Assembly (NCBI GenBank): GCA_016926395.1
Contig: JAFGOT010000023.1
Location: 1 to 24,320 of the forward strand
DNA length: 24,320 bases
Source of the DNA: Candidatus Woesearchaeota archaeon
GTDB taxonomy: Archaea > Nanobdellota > Nanobdellia > Woesearchaeales > SKGA01
Direction: 5' to 3'
Part shown: in pieces, positions 8,080 to 16,796 of the stretch
Layout of the letters: the number at the start of each line of letters is the position of its first letter
Numbering within the stretch: the first letter of the stretch is position 1
Position numbers and translations under genes: made by a program
Notes under the pieces: generated by a model
Told to the model about the DNA's origin: nothing
The model's database searches: none
Seen by the model: the letters and a program-made list of their open reading frames with translations, nothing else

Positions 8080-8721
8080 ATGGCAGGGATTTTCAAAAAA
8101 ATCGCAGAAAAATTATTCAAAAATTTTTTTAAAAAGCGAAAAGACATGAAGTTGGGGTTATACGGCCCTCCTAATGGTGGTAAAACCACTTTAGCAAATA
8201 GAATTTGCGAAGATTGGCTTAATGAAAAAGATGCTATGGGAACTGTTAGTAGCATTGCTCACGAGACTCGTGAAGTTCAGATAAAAAATAGCGTTGTTAT
8301 CGAATCCAAAAATGGTAAAAAATTAACTTTTAATCTTGTTGATACTCCTGGTATTGCAACAAAAATTGATTATGAAGATTTTATCAAAGAAGGAATGGAT
8401 GAAAAAGATGCTAAGGTTAGAGCTAAAGAAGCAACCAAAGGCGTTATTGATTCTATTAAATGGTTAGATGATATGGATGCTGTTGTTGTGGTTCTTGACG
8501 CTACAAAAGATCCCTATTCTCAAGTTAACATAACTATTGTTGGAAACCTTGAAGCAAGAAAAACTCCTGTTTTAGTTGTTGCTAATAAAATTGATCTGAA
8601 AAAAGCAGATATTAAAAAAATTCAAGCTGCCTTCCCTCAATACAAAGTTATTGGTATTAGTGCTATGAAAGGCCAGAACATCGAAGAGTTTTATGAAACT
8701 TTATTTGAGGTAGCTAGGTGA
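8080..8721 (+). CDS. oapA: Era-like small GTPase, OapA/ArvA family
   Basis: G1 GPPNGGKTT, G3 DTPG, G4 NKID, G5 ISA; followed by DUF2073-like and Zn-ribbon genes (oapABC/arvABC order). Confidence 0.88.
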   Translation: MAGIFKKIAEKLFKNFFKKRKDMKLGLYGPPNGGKTTLANRICEDWLNEKDAMGTVSSIAHETREVQIKNSVVIESKNGKKLTFNLVDTPGIATKIDYEDFIKEGMDEKDAKVRAKEATKGVIDSIKWLDDMDAVVVVLDATKDPYSQVNITIVGNLEARKTPVLVVANKIDLKKADIKKIQAAFPQYKVIGISAMKGQNIEEFYETLFEVAR

Positions 8722-9113
8722 GTATCATGGCAGGTGGATTGACTTTACAATTTATTCCTTATGGTGAGATAGAACATCTCGCTTCACAAAAAAGGGTTGA
8801 CAAATTATTGCGTCTTGTTAAGACTGACAAAATTATTCTTCTTGAAGGTAGACTTCGAAGTGAAGAAGAAGCAGAACTTATCCGACGTACTATGGAAGAG
8901 ATTAATGATAAATTTACAGGTATTGAACTATCTGTTGTATATCCTGAATCTAAAAATGTTGCATTTTTTGCAAGAGTAAAACAGTCTTTTATTAACTTGG
9001 TTCTTGGTGACAGACGAGGCATGACTATTATTGGTCCTGCTAATGTTGTTAGAGAAATTAAACAAGATCCTGATAAAATCCAACTATTTACAAAAGATGC
9101 GAGAAAAAGATAA
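8718..9113 (+). CDS. oapB: OapB/ArvB (DUF2073-like) protein
   Basis: IILLEGRL..EEEAELI..TM..I...F.GIE and G.T.IGPA motifs; GTGA start/stop overlap with oapA (alternative ATG at 8727). Confidence 0.82.
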   Translation: MSIMAGGLTLQFIPYGEIEHLASQKRVDKLLRLVKTDKIILLEGRLRSEEEAELIRRTMEEINDKFTGIELSVVYPESKNVAFFARVKQSFINLVLGDRRGMTIIGPANVVREIKQDPDKIQLFTKDARKR

Positions 9114-9165
9114 ATTATTTATCTTGTTTTTTTTTAATTTATATTTGTTTTAGGAGATAATTATT

Positions 9166-9552
9166 ATGCCTCATCAATGTGTATCATGCGGAACTTTTTT
9201 TGAAGACGGAGCTCACGAAATTTTAAGTGGTTGTTCTAATTGTGGTCATAAGTTATTTTTTTATGTAAAGAAAGAACGATTAGAAGAATTTAAGCGTGAT
9301 GAACCTCAGTTGTTTAATTTATCTGAAGAAGATAAACAACAAGTTGAAGAGGATGTCTATGATATTATTGGTGTTGATGCTGATAGAAGTAAACCTGTGA
9401 TTCTAGACATTGAAAGTGTTAAAATTCTTAAACCTGGAAAGTATGAACTTGATCTTGTGAATCTTTTCAAAAAGAAACAGCCCTTAATCTACAAATTAGA
9501 AGATGGTAAATACATGATTGATGTTATTGAGTCTTTTAAGAAAATGCGGTAG
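9166..9552 (+). CDS. oapC: OapC/ArvC Zn-ribbon protein
   Basis: MPHQCVSCG...GCSNCG zinc ribbon, then ESVKILKPGKYELDL..LF; SD AGGAGA. Confidence 0.87.
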   Translation: MPHQCVSCGTFFEDGAHEILSGCSNCGHKLFFYVKKERLEEFKRDEPQLFNLSEEDKQQVEEDVYDIIGVDADRSKPVILDIESVKILKPGKYELDLVNLFKKKQPLIYKLEDGKYMIDVIESFKKMR

Positions 9553-9682
9553 TTTTTTTTGTTGTGCTTGTGATTTTGGTGCAGCTTTTGTTTGAAAAGG
9601 TGCATGGTAAGCAGATGATTGATGTTATTGAGTCTTTTAAGAAAATGCGGTAGTTTTTTTTGTTGTGCTTGTGATTTTGGTG
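9503..9682. repeat. Direct repeat of the oapC 3' end and downstream T-tract: 68 bp exact (9514-9581 and 9615-9682), extendable to 79 bp with 3 mismatches, period 101 bp
   Basis: atgattgatgttattgagtcttttaagaaaatgcggtagttttttttgttgtgcttgtgattttggtg is read twice; cagcttttgtt also recurs at 9582-9592 and 9735-9745. Confidence 0.95.
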
Positions 9683-9755
9683 TCAAGAAAACTGCATGTT
9701 AATTGAAGCCAAAAAAAGCAATGTTTTTTGAGCTCAGCTTTTGTTCAAATTTGTT

Positions 9756-10283
9756 TTAATCAATTCGTTTTAATGTCTCAATCCAAACCACTTCGTTTTC
9801 TTTAAACGGATGAATTATTGGAATAATCTGTATTGGTGGTGTTTGTTGAATTCCAACCAAACCAACTATTAAATCATTATTCTCTATCAAAGTGTCATCA
9901 AAATAACTCTCAATACCTGATGGGTAATATTTTTGATCTTTTAGTGTTAATAATGTTTCATAAAGAGAATCAAATTTTTCTTCTATTGGTCCTGTGACTT
10001 TGTTGTAACCATCAATTATGTTCCAACTAGCGTCTTTAAACCCTCTACTAAAATCTCTTTCGATAAATTTGTATTGGCCAAAATTGTTAGTCGCTACCAA
10101 ATAATGTTTTACAAATCCCTTATTTTCTAGTTTTAAATTGGAAACAAACCCTGTAAAAGTGTATCCATCATGAATTCTATCTATTAACATTTGGTGTCCT
10201 GAATCGCTTGCTTCAAAATAAGTTCTTTCAGGATATTTTTGCATAAGAATTTCTTCAAAAATATTCTTTTCATCACTGCTCAT
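9756..10283 (-). CDS. Hypothetical protein
   Basis: 175-aa ORF with plausible globular composition and no recognised motif; start uncertain (10283 or 10244). Confidence 0.6.
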   Translation of the reverse strand: MSSDEKNIFEEILMQKYPERTYFEASDSGHQMLIDRIHDGYTFTGFVSNLKLENKGFVKHYLVATNNFGQYKFIERDFSRGFKDASWNIIDGYNKVTGPIEEKFDSLYETLLTLKDQKYYPSGIESYFDDTLIENNDLIVGLVGIQQTPPIQIIPIIHPFKENEVVWIETLKRID

Positions 10284-10370
10284 ATTATTCCCTTATTTTA
10301 TTCTAATTTTCTTCCTCTTTTTATGTTTTCTCCTAAGATTTATAAACCAGCTAATTTGTTTAACAAATAT

Positions 10371-11213
10371 ATGAAACTTGTTGATGTTCATGCTCATCTC
10401 GATTTTAAACCTTTATCTGATCATTTAGCTGTTGCTTTGGAGAATGCGAAGTCTGTTGGAGTAAAAGCCATTGTTGCAAACGGTGTTAGTCCTGAGAGTA
10501 ACCGTGCTGTTCAAGCTCTTGCTCATCAACATGATATTGTAAAACCGGCTTTTGGTTTTTATCCCTGGCATATTCCTGAATATGAAGAATCTATCCTTGA
10601 TGAAGAACTTGATTTTATGAATAAACACAATCCTGTTGCAATAGGTGAAGTTGGTCTTGATTTTAAGCAATCTGAATTTAATCATTACAAAACATTGTAT
10701 TCTGATTTTGAAAAAGTCAAACTAGTTCAAAAGCAGGGTTTTGAAAAACTTATTTCTATCGCTGAAAAAAAGAAAATTCCTATTATTGTTCATAGTAGAA
10801 AGGCAGAACTTGAAACGATTGAAATGTTGGAATCCAGTTCTGCTAAGAAAGTCATCATGCATTGTTTTATGGGTAAGAAAAAACTTATTCCAAGAATTGT
10901 TGATAATGGTTGGACTTTCTCGATTCCTGTTGTTGTAACCAAATTACAGCAAATGCAAGAGTTAGTTGGTGATGTTCCTCTTTCTCAACTTTTAACTGAA
11001 ACAGATGCTCCTTACTTAGGTCCTAGTTTTCCTGCTGTTAAAGACTCCTCTCTTCATAGCATTAATTATACTACTAGTGATGGTGCGCCTTTAACTTCTT
11101 GTAATGAATCGGCCAATGTTCTTCTTTCCATTAAAAAAATGGCTGAATTAAAAGGTCTAACTGAGAATGAGATTGCCGATCAGATTTTCCTAAATTATAT
11201 GCGTCTTTTCTAG
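10371..11213 (+). CDS. tatD: TatD family metal-dependent nuclease
   Basis: DVHAHLD, IGEVGLD, VHSR.AE, MHCF and LLTETDAPYL motifs; true start MKLVD at 10371, 24 nt after TATA tttataaa (10339-10346). Confidence 0.93.
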   Translation: MKLVDVHAHLDFKPLSDHLAVALENAKSVGVKAIVANGVSPESNRAVQALAHQHDIVKPAFGFYPWHIPEYEESILDEELDFMNKHNPVAIGEVGLDFKQSEFNHYKTLYSDFEKVKLVQKQGFEKLISIAEKKKIPIIVHSRKAELETIEMLESSSAKKVIMHCFMGKKKLIPRIVDNGWTFSIPVVVTKLQQMQELVGDVPLSQLLTETDAPYLGPSFPAVKDSSLHSINYTTSDGAPLTSCNESANVLLSIKKMAELKGLTENEIADQIFLNYMRLF

Positions 11214-11259
11214 TGACAACAGCATCTTTTATATATTTAAACTTCTTATATGTGATTTG

Positions 11260-13743
11260 ATGGTTAAGAAAAAGACTGCTTCAAAGAAAACTGCTAATAA
11301 GTCCACTAAAAAAGAATCTAAGAAAAGCAGTAAAAAAGCCACAAAAAAAGTATCTACTCCTCCAATTGATAAACAAGTTAAAGTTTCAAAACCATCAAGT
11401 CGCCTTGATGAAGGCGGAGCAGGTTTTCCAAGAAAAAATTTTATCAAATTCACTGTCTTGGCCGTAATTGTTATTTTATTTTTGGTTTTATTGGTTTATG
11501 CTATTAATATAAATGTTAAATTGTTATTTGATACGGAGACTCACATTTCTCTTTCTCCAACAACTGCTTCTTATATTTCGACAAATCATGAACCCGTGCC
11601 TGTTAATTTTGATGTTGATGTTACTAAATTAGAAATTTGTGATATACTTTGTGAACACCAACTTATAGATAGTAGTCAGGGTGTTATTCTTAAGAACTTC
11701 TCAGAAAAAGCTTTGAATCATAAATCTTACTCTTATGACTTGGCAGTTCCAAAATATGGTTCTGGTCAAGTAATTTATAATTATAAAGTGCAATGTCGAA
11801 CTCTTGATAATAATATTTGTCCTTCTAAGAATAAAACTTATTCAAGTTCTGCATTCATAACTGTTGATTATTCTCTTTCAGATAATGAAATTCAAAAAAA
11901 AGAATCTCTTAAAACAAATCTTATAAAACTGACCACTGATATTGATTCTGCTAAAAAAAACATTTATGATTCAAATAATATTTTGTCATCTTTAAACTAT
12001 AGAGCTGGATTCCTCACTTCTGAAGAAAAATCTTTATCTAGTAAAAATAGCGGTCTTAGTTCTCTTCTAAAAGTTGTTGAATTAAATCTTCTTGATTTAT
12101 TTGATATGTGGAAATCTCAGAAATTTGCTTTGGCAAGTGAAGGTTATTTGTTGTTAAATGATAAATTAAGTTCTGTTGTTAAGGAATCATCTTTAACAGA
12201 AAGTTCTCTAATAACTATTCATAATACTTTTAACAATAATATTCTCTCATTAAAATCTTTACAAGATAATTCTTCTTATTATTCAAACATGGCTGGTTTT
12301 TTTAATTTGGTTGATAAAACGCAGTATGCTAAAATGAAAGATCTTGATGTGTCTTTTGATTCTGTCGTTTCACAGATAGAAAATAAATCCTTCTTGTCAT
12401 TTTCATCTGTCTCTTTTGATGTTTCTTCCATAACATTAAATCTTGAGTCTATCGAATCAAATTATAATTCAAAACTTGTTTTATTAGATGATAAAGCAAA
12501 TTCTTTATTTGATAAATATAATCGAACTTATTATTTTTTAACAGGTAGTTCTTTTGAAAAGAAATCAAATTCATGTAAAACAATTTCTTCTCTTATTAAT
12601 CAAATTGATGACTACAATTTAGGTGTTGATGTTTCCGATTTAAATGAATCTGAAATTGAGAATTCTATTATTTATTCTGAATTGTTGCTTGATAATATTT
12701 CGAACAACAATATTTCCTTAAATGATTATTTTGTATTCCCCAATTCTTATTTGCTGGATTATTATTCTAATTATTGCAATTGGACGCCAATTAGCGTTTT
12801 TGATAATTTATTTGTTGCACCAAACATTTCTTTTGTTGATAATTTTCAAAGCGAAGAAATTGTTATTCCTCCTTCTTTAGATCAATGTTGTTTTGGAGGA
12901 AATTGCAGTCCTTGTTGTCATGGTGATTCTTGTGATACTATTTATCCTATTATTCTAGTCCATGGTCATTCGTTTAGTAAGAGTACCAGTCCTGAACTAG
13001 CTTTTACTCGTCTTACTTATTTGCAAGACGCATTAGCTAAGGATGGTTATATTAATGGCGGAACTATTGGTCAAACTTCATCAATAGAAAATATTACTGC
13101 GGGAACTTGGGGAGAAACTCCTGCTCCTTTGGTTGTTGGTGTTACTTATTATTATTTGAATTATTATGACGTTGGTGGAGTAAACTTTGTTACTAGAAAA
13201 ACGGATAATATTGAGAATTACGCTTTAAGACTTAGAGAGGCTGTTGATTTAGTTAAAGAGAAAACAGGCAGGGATAAAGTTATTATTGTTGCACATTCAA
13301 TGGGTGGTCTTGTTGCTAGAGAGTATATTTCCTTATTTGGTGAATCTAACGTTGATAAATTAATTATTCTGGGAACTCCTGATTATGGTGTTGAGGGTGA
13401 TGTAAAAAAATATTGTACTGTTACTGGTGCAGAAGCCGAATGTACTGATATGTATGCAAACAGTATGTTTTTGACTCGACTGAATAATCCTAATAATTAT
13501 TTATCTCAAACCAAAACTTATACTATTGCTGCTCATGGTTGTGAAATGAAATCTGATTCTGCTAAAAAAGAGGATGGTGATGGTGTTGTTTTAGCTCGTA
13601 ATGTTCCCTTGCCTTTCGCTAAGAATTATAACATTACTGGAAATTGTACTGATTTCTTTGGAACTGATTTACATATGAATTTTGTTAATCCAAACTTATA
13701 TCCTCAAACGTATGATTTGATAAAACAGATGTTAGCAGATTAA
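11260..13743 (+). CDS. Membrane-anchored alpha/beta hydrolase (lipase/PGAP1-like) with Lys-rich N-tail, beta-rich domain, helical stalk and Cys-rich linker
   Basis: One transmembrane segment (FTVLAVIVILFLVLLVYAI); C-terminal VHGH oxyanion motif, AHSMGG nucleophile elbow (Ser at 13297-13299), DGDGVV and a terminal His (DLHMNF). Confidence 0.85.
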   Translation: MVKKKTASKKTANKSTKKESKKSSKKATKKVSTPPIDKQVKVSKPSSRLDEGGAGFPRKNFIKFTVLAVIVILFLVLLVYAININVKLLFDTETHISLSPTTASYISTNHEPVPVNFDVDVTKLEICDILCEHQLIDSSQGVILKNFSEKALNHKSYSYDLAVPKYGSGQVIYNYKVQCRTLDNNICPSKNKTYSSSAFITVDYSLSDNEIQKKESLKTNLIKLTTDIDSAKKNIYDSNNILSSLNYRAGFLTSEEKSLSSKNSGLSSLLKVVELNLLDLFDMWKSQKFALASEGYLLLNDKLSSVVKESSLTESSLITIHNTFNNNILSLKSLQDNSSYYSNMAGFFNLVDKTQYAKMKDLDVSFDSVVSQIENKSFLSFSSVSFDVSSITLNLESIESNYNSKLVLLDDKANSLFDKYNRTYYFLTGSSFEKKSNSCKTISSLINQIDDYNLGVDVSDLNESEIENSIIYSELLLDNISNNNISLNDYFVFPNSYLLDYYSNYCNWTPISVFDNLFVAPNISFVDNFQSEEIVIPPSLDQCCFGGNCSPCCHGDSCDTIYPIILVHGHSFSKSTSPELAFTRLTYLQDALAKDGYINGGTIGQTSSIENITAGTWGETPAPLVVGVTYYYLNYYDVGGVNFVTRKTDNIENYALRLREAVDLVKEKTGRDKVIIVAHSMGGLVAREYISLFGESNVDKLIILGTPDYGVEGDVKKYCTVTGAEAECTDMYANSMFLTRLNNPNNYLSQTKTYTIAAHGCEMKSDSAKKEDGDGVVLARNVPLPFAKNYNITGNCTDFFGTDLHMNFVNPNLYPQTYDLIKQMLAD

Positions 13744-13774
13744 TTTATAAATTAGTTATTTCTTTTTACTTATT

Positions 13775-14890
13775 ATGCAACTTGTTACTACCAAAAAAAT
13801 TCATAATAAACGACTTGCTAAAGGCTGTCGTCAGTGTGTTTATGGTAGAAAGTCAGTTCTTTTTATAACTAGTCGTTGTCATTATACTTGTTTTTATTGT
13901 CCTATTAGTGATGATAAAAGAGCTAAAGAAACCGTTAAAATCAATGAACACTTCATAAAAAAACCTGATTCTAAATCTGCAATAAATGAATTAATTAGAG
14001 AAATAGAATTATCTCAATCAAAGGGTGTAGGAATAACAGGGGGTGATCCTTTAGCCACTCCTGCTAGAACTTTAAAATATATTGAAGCATTAAAAAGTCA
14101 TTTTGGACGTCGGTTTCATATTCATCTTTACACTTCTCCTCAATTTGTGACTCGTGACAAATTAGAAAAATTAAGTTTATCTGGTCTTGATGAATTAAGA
14201 TTTCATCTAAATGTTGAGTCAGATGCTTTATGGGATCGAGTTAATCTTGCCAAGGGCTTAAAATTTAGTGTAGGTGTTGAAGTTCCTGCAGTTCCAACTC
14301 TTTTAGACGAATCAAAAAAACTTCTTGATTTTTGTAAAAAAAATTCTTTAATTAAATTTGTTAATTTAAATGAATTGGAGTATAGTGATGCTGGAATTCA
14401 AATTCTGGCCAAACGTGGTTTTTTTACAAAAGATTCTTTATCTTATGCTATTGCCCATAGTGAAGCTGCTGCAATAAAATTGGTTGAGTATGGTAAATCT
14501 ATTGGTCTTAGAGTTCATTATTGTTCTGCGCAGTTTAAAGATGCTGTTCAATTAGGAAATCGAATTCGTCTTAGAGCCCAGTCTGTTGTCAGACCTCACG
14601 AATTAGTTGATGAAGAAGGAATGATTATCCGTGGTGAAATCCATTCTAAAAAAAATAATATTTCTTCTCGTCAAATGTCTGCTTTTGGTGTTAAAGCAGA
14701 AAAACTATTTAATATTCCTCGTCAGTTCTTTGAAGTTCACGATAAAGTTTTGATGGTTAGACCTGATGTTTTAGAAGAAATATGGCCTTTGTTTGATCAG
14801 ATTTATCCAAAAAAAGAATTATCTGCGAGAATTGTTTCTGAATATCCAACTGATGATCATTTGCTTGTAGAGGTTCATCCTTTAAACTAA
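13775..14890 (+). CDS. Radical SAM protein (archaeal COG2108-like, substrate unknown)
   Basis: CHYTCFYC [4Fe-4S] motif, GITGGDP, extra GCRQC and HYC cysteines, LDELRFH. Confidence 0.9.
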   Translation: MQLVTTKKIHNKRLAKGCRQCVYGRKSVLFITSRCHYTCFYCPISDDKRAKETVKINEHFIKKPDSKSAINELIREIELSQSKGVGITGGDPLATPARTLKYIEALKSHFGRRFHIHLYTSPQFVTRDKLEKLSLSGLDELRFHLNVESDALWDRVNLAKGLKFSVGVEVPAVPTLLDESKKLLDFCKKNSLIKFVNLNELEYSDAGIQILAKRGFFTKDSLSYAIAHSEAAAIKLVEYGKSIGLRVHYCSAQFKDAVQLGNRIRLRAQSVVRPHELVDEEGMIIRGEIHSKKNNISSRQMSAFGVKAEKLFNIPRQFFEVHDKVLMVRPDVLEEIWPLFDQIYPKKELSARIVSEYPTDDHLLVEVHPLN

Positions 14891-14931
14891 TTCGACAAAA
14901 TTATAAACAATTAATTTCATATTTTCTAGTT

Positions 14932-15453
14932 ATGGTTAGAATTAGCATTGATACTGAAAAAGATTCTCCTGAAATGATTGCAAAATTAATTGATGTTCTT
15001 AATGCACATCTGGGGCAAAGTTCTTCAACTCAAGTTCCTGTGTCTTCTTCAGCTCCGATTCAAAGCAGTTCTTCGCCGTTTGATATTTTTGGCTCCATGG
15101 ATTCTGTATCTAATAGCTCATCTTCTTCTCTTCCGTCAAGTGCACCAATTCAGTCTACTTCCTCCTCTTCAATCTTTGATGTGTTTGCAGATGAACCAAA
15201 ACAGAATCAACTGTCTTCTTCAAGTTCTTATGGTGGTGTTGCTGATGATAATTTATTTGGGGCTTTCTCTAATGATTTACCTTCGACTGATTTTAGATCA
15301 TCGACTCCTTCACTTCAGTCTACTGGTTTAGAAGCGTCCTTTGCTTCTGCACAAACTCTTCTTGATGATAATTTTAATCCAATACAAGATGAAGAAGATG
15401 ATGATGAACCTGAAGAAAAATCTGCTAATTTCTTTAATTTCGAGCAATACTAA
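14932..15453 (+). CDS. Hypothetical protein: small N-terminal domain plus Ser-rich disordered tail with repeated Phe motifs
   Basis: 173-aa ORF with its own TATA at 14900-14907; internal repeat SSAPIQS...FD(I/V)F. Confidence 0.8.
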   Translation: MVRISIDTEKDSPEMIAKLIDVLNAHLGQSSSTQVPVSSSAPIQSSSSPFDIFGSMDSVSNSSSSSLPSSAPIQSTSSSSIFDVFADEPKQNQLSSSSSYGGVADDNLFGAFSNDLPSTDFRSSTPSLQSTGLEASFASAQTLLDDNFNPIQDEEDDDEPEEKSANFFNFEQY

Positions 15454-15485
15454 GCTTTTTAAACCGTTCTTTCTTTCATTTTTTT

Positions 15486-15917
15486 ATGGGTTCGATTGAA
15501 TTTCTTCCACACACTGCAGATGAAAAATTTGTTGTGACCGCTGATTCTTTAGAAGATGCTTTTTCCACTGCTGTTTCTGCTTTTTTTGAGATTCTTCTTG
15601 GTAATTCTGTTTATGTTGAAAACAAGATAACTAAAGAAATTAATCTGAAGGCGAAAAAGCTTAGATCTCTTCTTTATGATTTTCTAAATGAACTTGTCTT
15701 TTATTTTGACAGTGAAGATTTGTTACTCCAAATTGTTAATAATCTTGTTATTGATAGGGAAAATGATGGTTCTTGGTCTTTATCTGCTAGTTTGAGCGGG
15801 GATTACCAATATGATTATTCTCTTAGAACTGAAATTAAAAATATGACTTATAGTGAAATGGCTATTTCAGAATCTGAAGAGGGCGTTTGGTCATTAACAG
15901 TTGTAGTAGATATATGA
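15486..15917 (+). CDS. Archease (RtcB cofactor)
   Basis: EFLPHTADEKF N-terminal metal-binding motif, LLYDFLNEL, and IK..TY..M...DI C-terminus. Confidence 0.93.
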   Translation: MGSIEFLPHTADEKFVVTADSLEDAFSTAVSAFFEILLGNSVYVENKITKEINLKAKKLRSLLYDFLNELVFYFDSEDLLLQIVNNLVIDRENDGSWSLSASLSGDYQYDYSLRTEIKNMTYSEMAISESEEGVWSLTVVVDI

Positions 15918-15966
15918 ACAACTGTAAAGTAGTAACATTTATAAATTGTTTTCTACTCACTTTAGT

Positions 15967-16776
15967 ATGAATATTATAAAAAAATCTTTAGCTGGTTTGG
16001 CTTTTCTTGTTTCTACTGCGATGCCTATGAAAGCCCAAATGCAAACTGACTCTACTTTAACTGACTCTTCAAAACAAAAAGACGTTTCTTTCTTTGCGGA
16101 TATTTCTGCAAGAAATGGTTATTATTTTTCAATCGGTCCATTAGCAGGGAATCGAGAGACAAGTAAATTTGTCACTCAAGCTGATTTTGGCGCTGCTGTT
16201 GGTAATTTTACTCTTTCCACTTGGACGGATTATGCTCCATTGAGAGGTCAAGTTGATGAGATTGATGTTTCTGCTACTTATGATTTATTTTCTAAAGATT
16301 TCAAAATAGGAAAGCAACCCTTTAACTTGTCTGCGACTGCGGGTATTATGGCCTTTATGTACCCTGTTAATTCTCAAGCAGGTGGAGCAACTGATTGGTT
16401 ACCTAATGTTAATCTAAATCTTTCCACTCCTTTATTTGGAGAAAAATCAACTTCACTAAATCTTTTTTACATGCATGACGTTGTCAAAGACCCTGTTCAA
16501 AATGGTGGTGCTTTGATGGTTACTTTAGATCAAGAGGTTGGTAAGTTTGGACCTGTGTCTTTATCTACTAATGCGTATGGTGCTTATGGTACTGATCTTT
16601 ACGAATTTAATGGATTTTTACTATCTCGAATTGGTGCTAAAGCTTCAATGGACATTGGAAAAAATTCTTCCATATCTGCTGATTATTCATACCAATTTAC
16701 TGGTCCAAATCAAAGTGAAACTTCAATTCCACAAGAGTCTATTTTTGGAATAACTTTCAGCACTAATTTTAAATAA
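15967..16776 (+). CDS. Secreted beta-barrel-like protein resembling the bacterial TorF/TIGR02001 putative porin family
   Basis: Sec-type signal peptide (MNIIKKSLAGLAFLVSTAMPMKA|Q); alternating amphipathic beta-strands throughout; GNFTLSTWTD, EIDVSATY and GIMAFMYP motifs; last strand IFGITFSTNFK. Confidence 0.7.
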   Translation: MNIIKKSLAGLAFLVSTAMPMKAQMQTDSTLTDSSKQKDVSFFADISARNGYYFSIGPLAGNRETSKFVTQADFGAAVGNFTLSTWTDYAPLRGQVDEIDVSATYDLFSKDFKIGKQPFNLSATAGIMAFMYPVNSQAGGATDWLPNVNLNLSTPLFGEKSTSLNLFYMHDVVKDPVQNGGALMVTLDQEVGKFGPVSLSTNAYGAYGTDLYEFNGFLLSRIGAKASMDIGKNSSISADYSYQFTGPNQSETSIPQESIFGITFSTNFK

Positions 16777-16796
16777 TTAAATGGATTTGATTTATT

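Noticed and set aside
9503-9682. Diversity-generating retroelement TR/VR pair at the arvC 3' end
   Set aside because: The mismatches (atac vs gcag, and those further upstream) are not confined to adenines in either copy or strand, many adenines in the 68-bp core are unchanged, and there is no reverse transcriptase in the window.
9729-9752. tRNA-like fragments (gctcag and gttcaaat)
   Set aside because: The D-arm-like and T-loop-like words are only about 5 nt apart, with no acceptor or anticodon stems.
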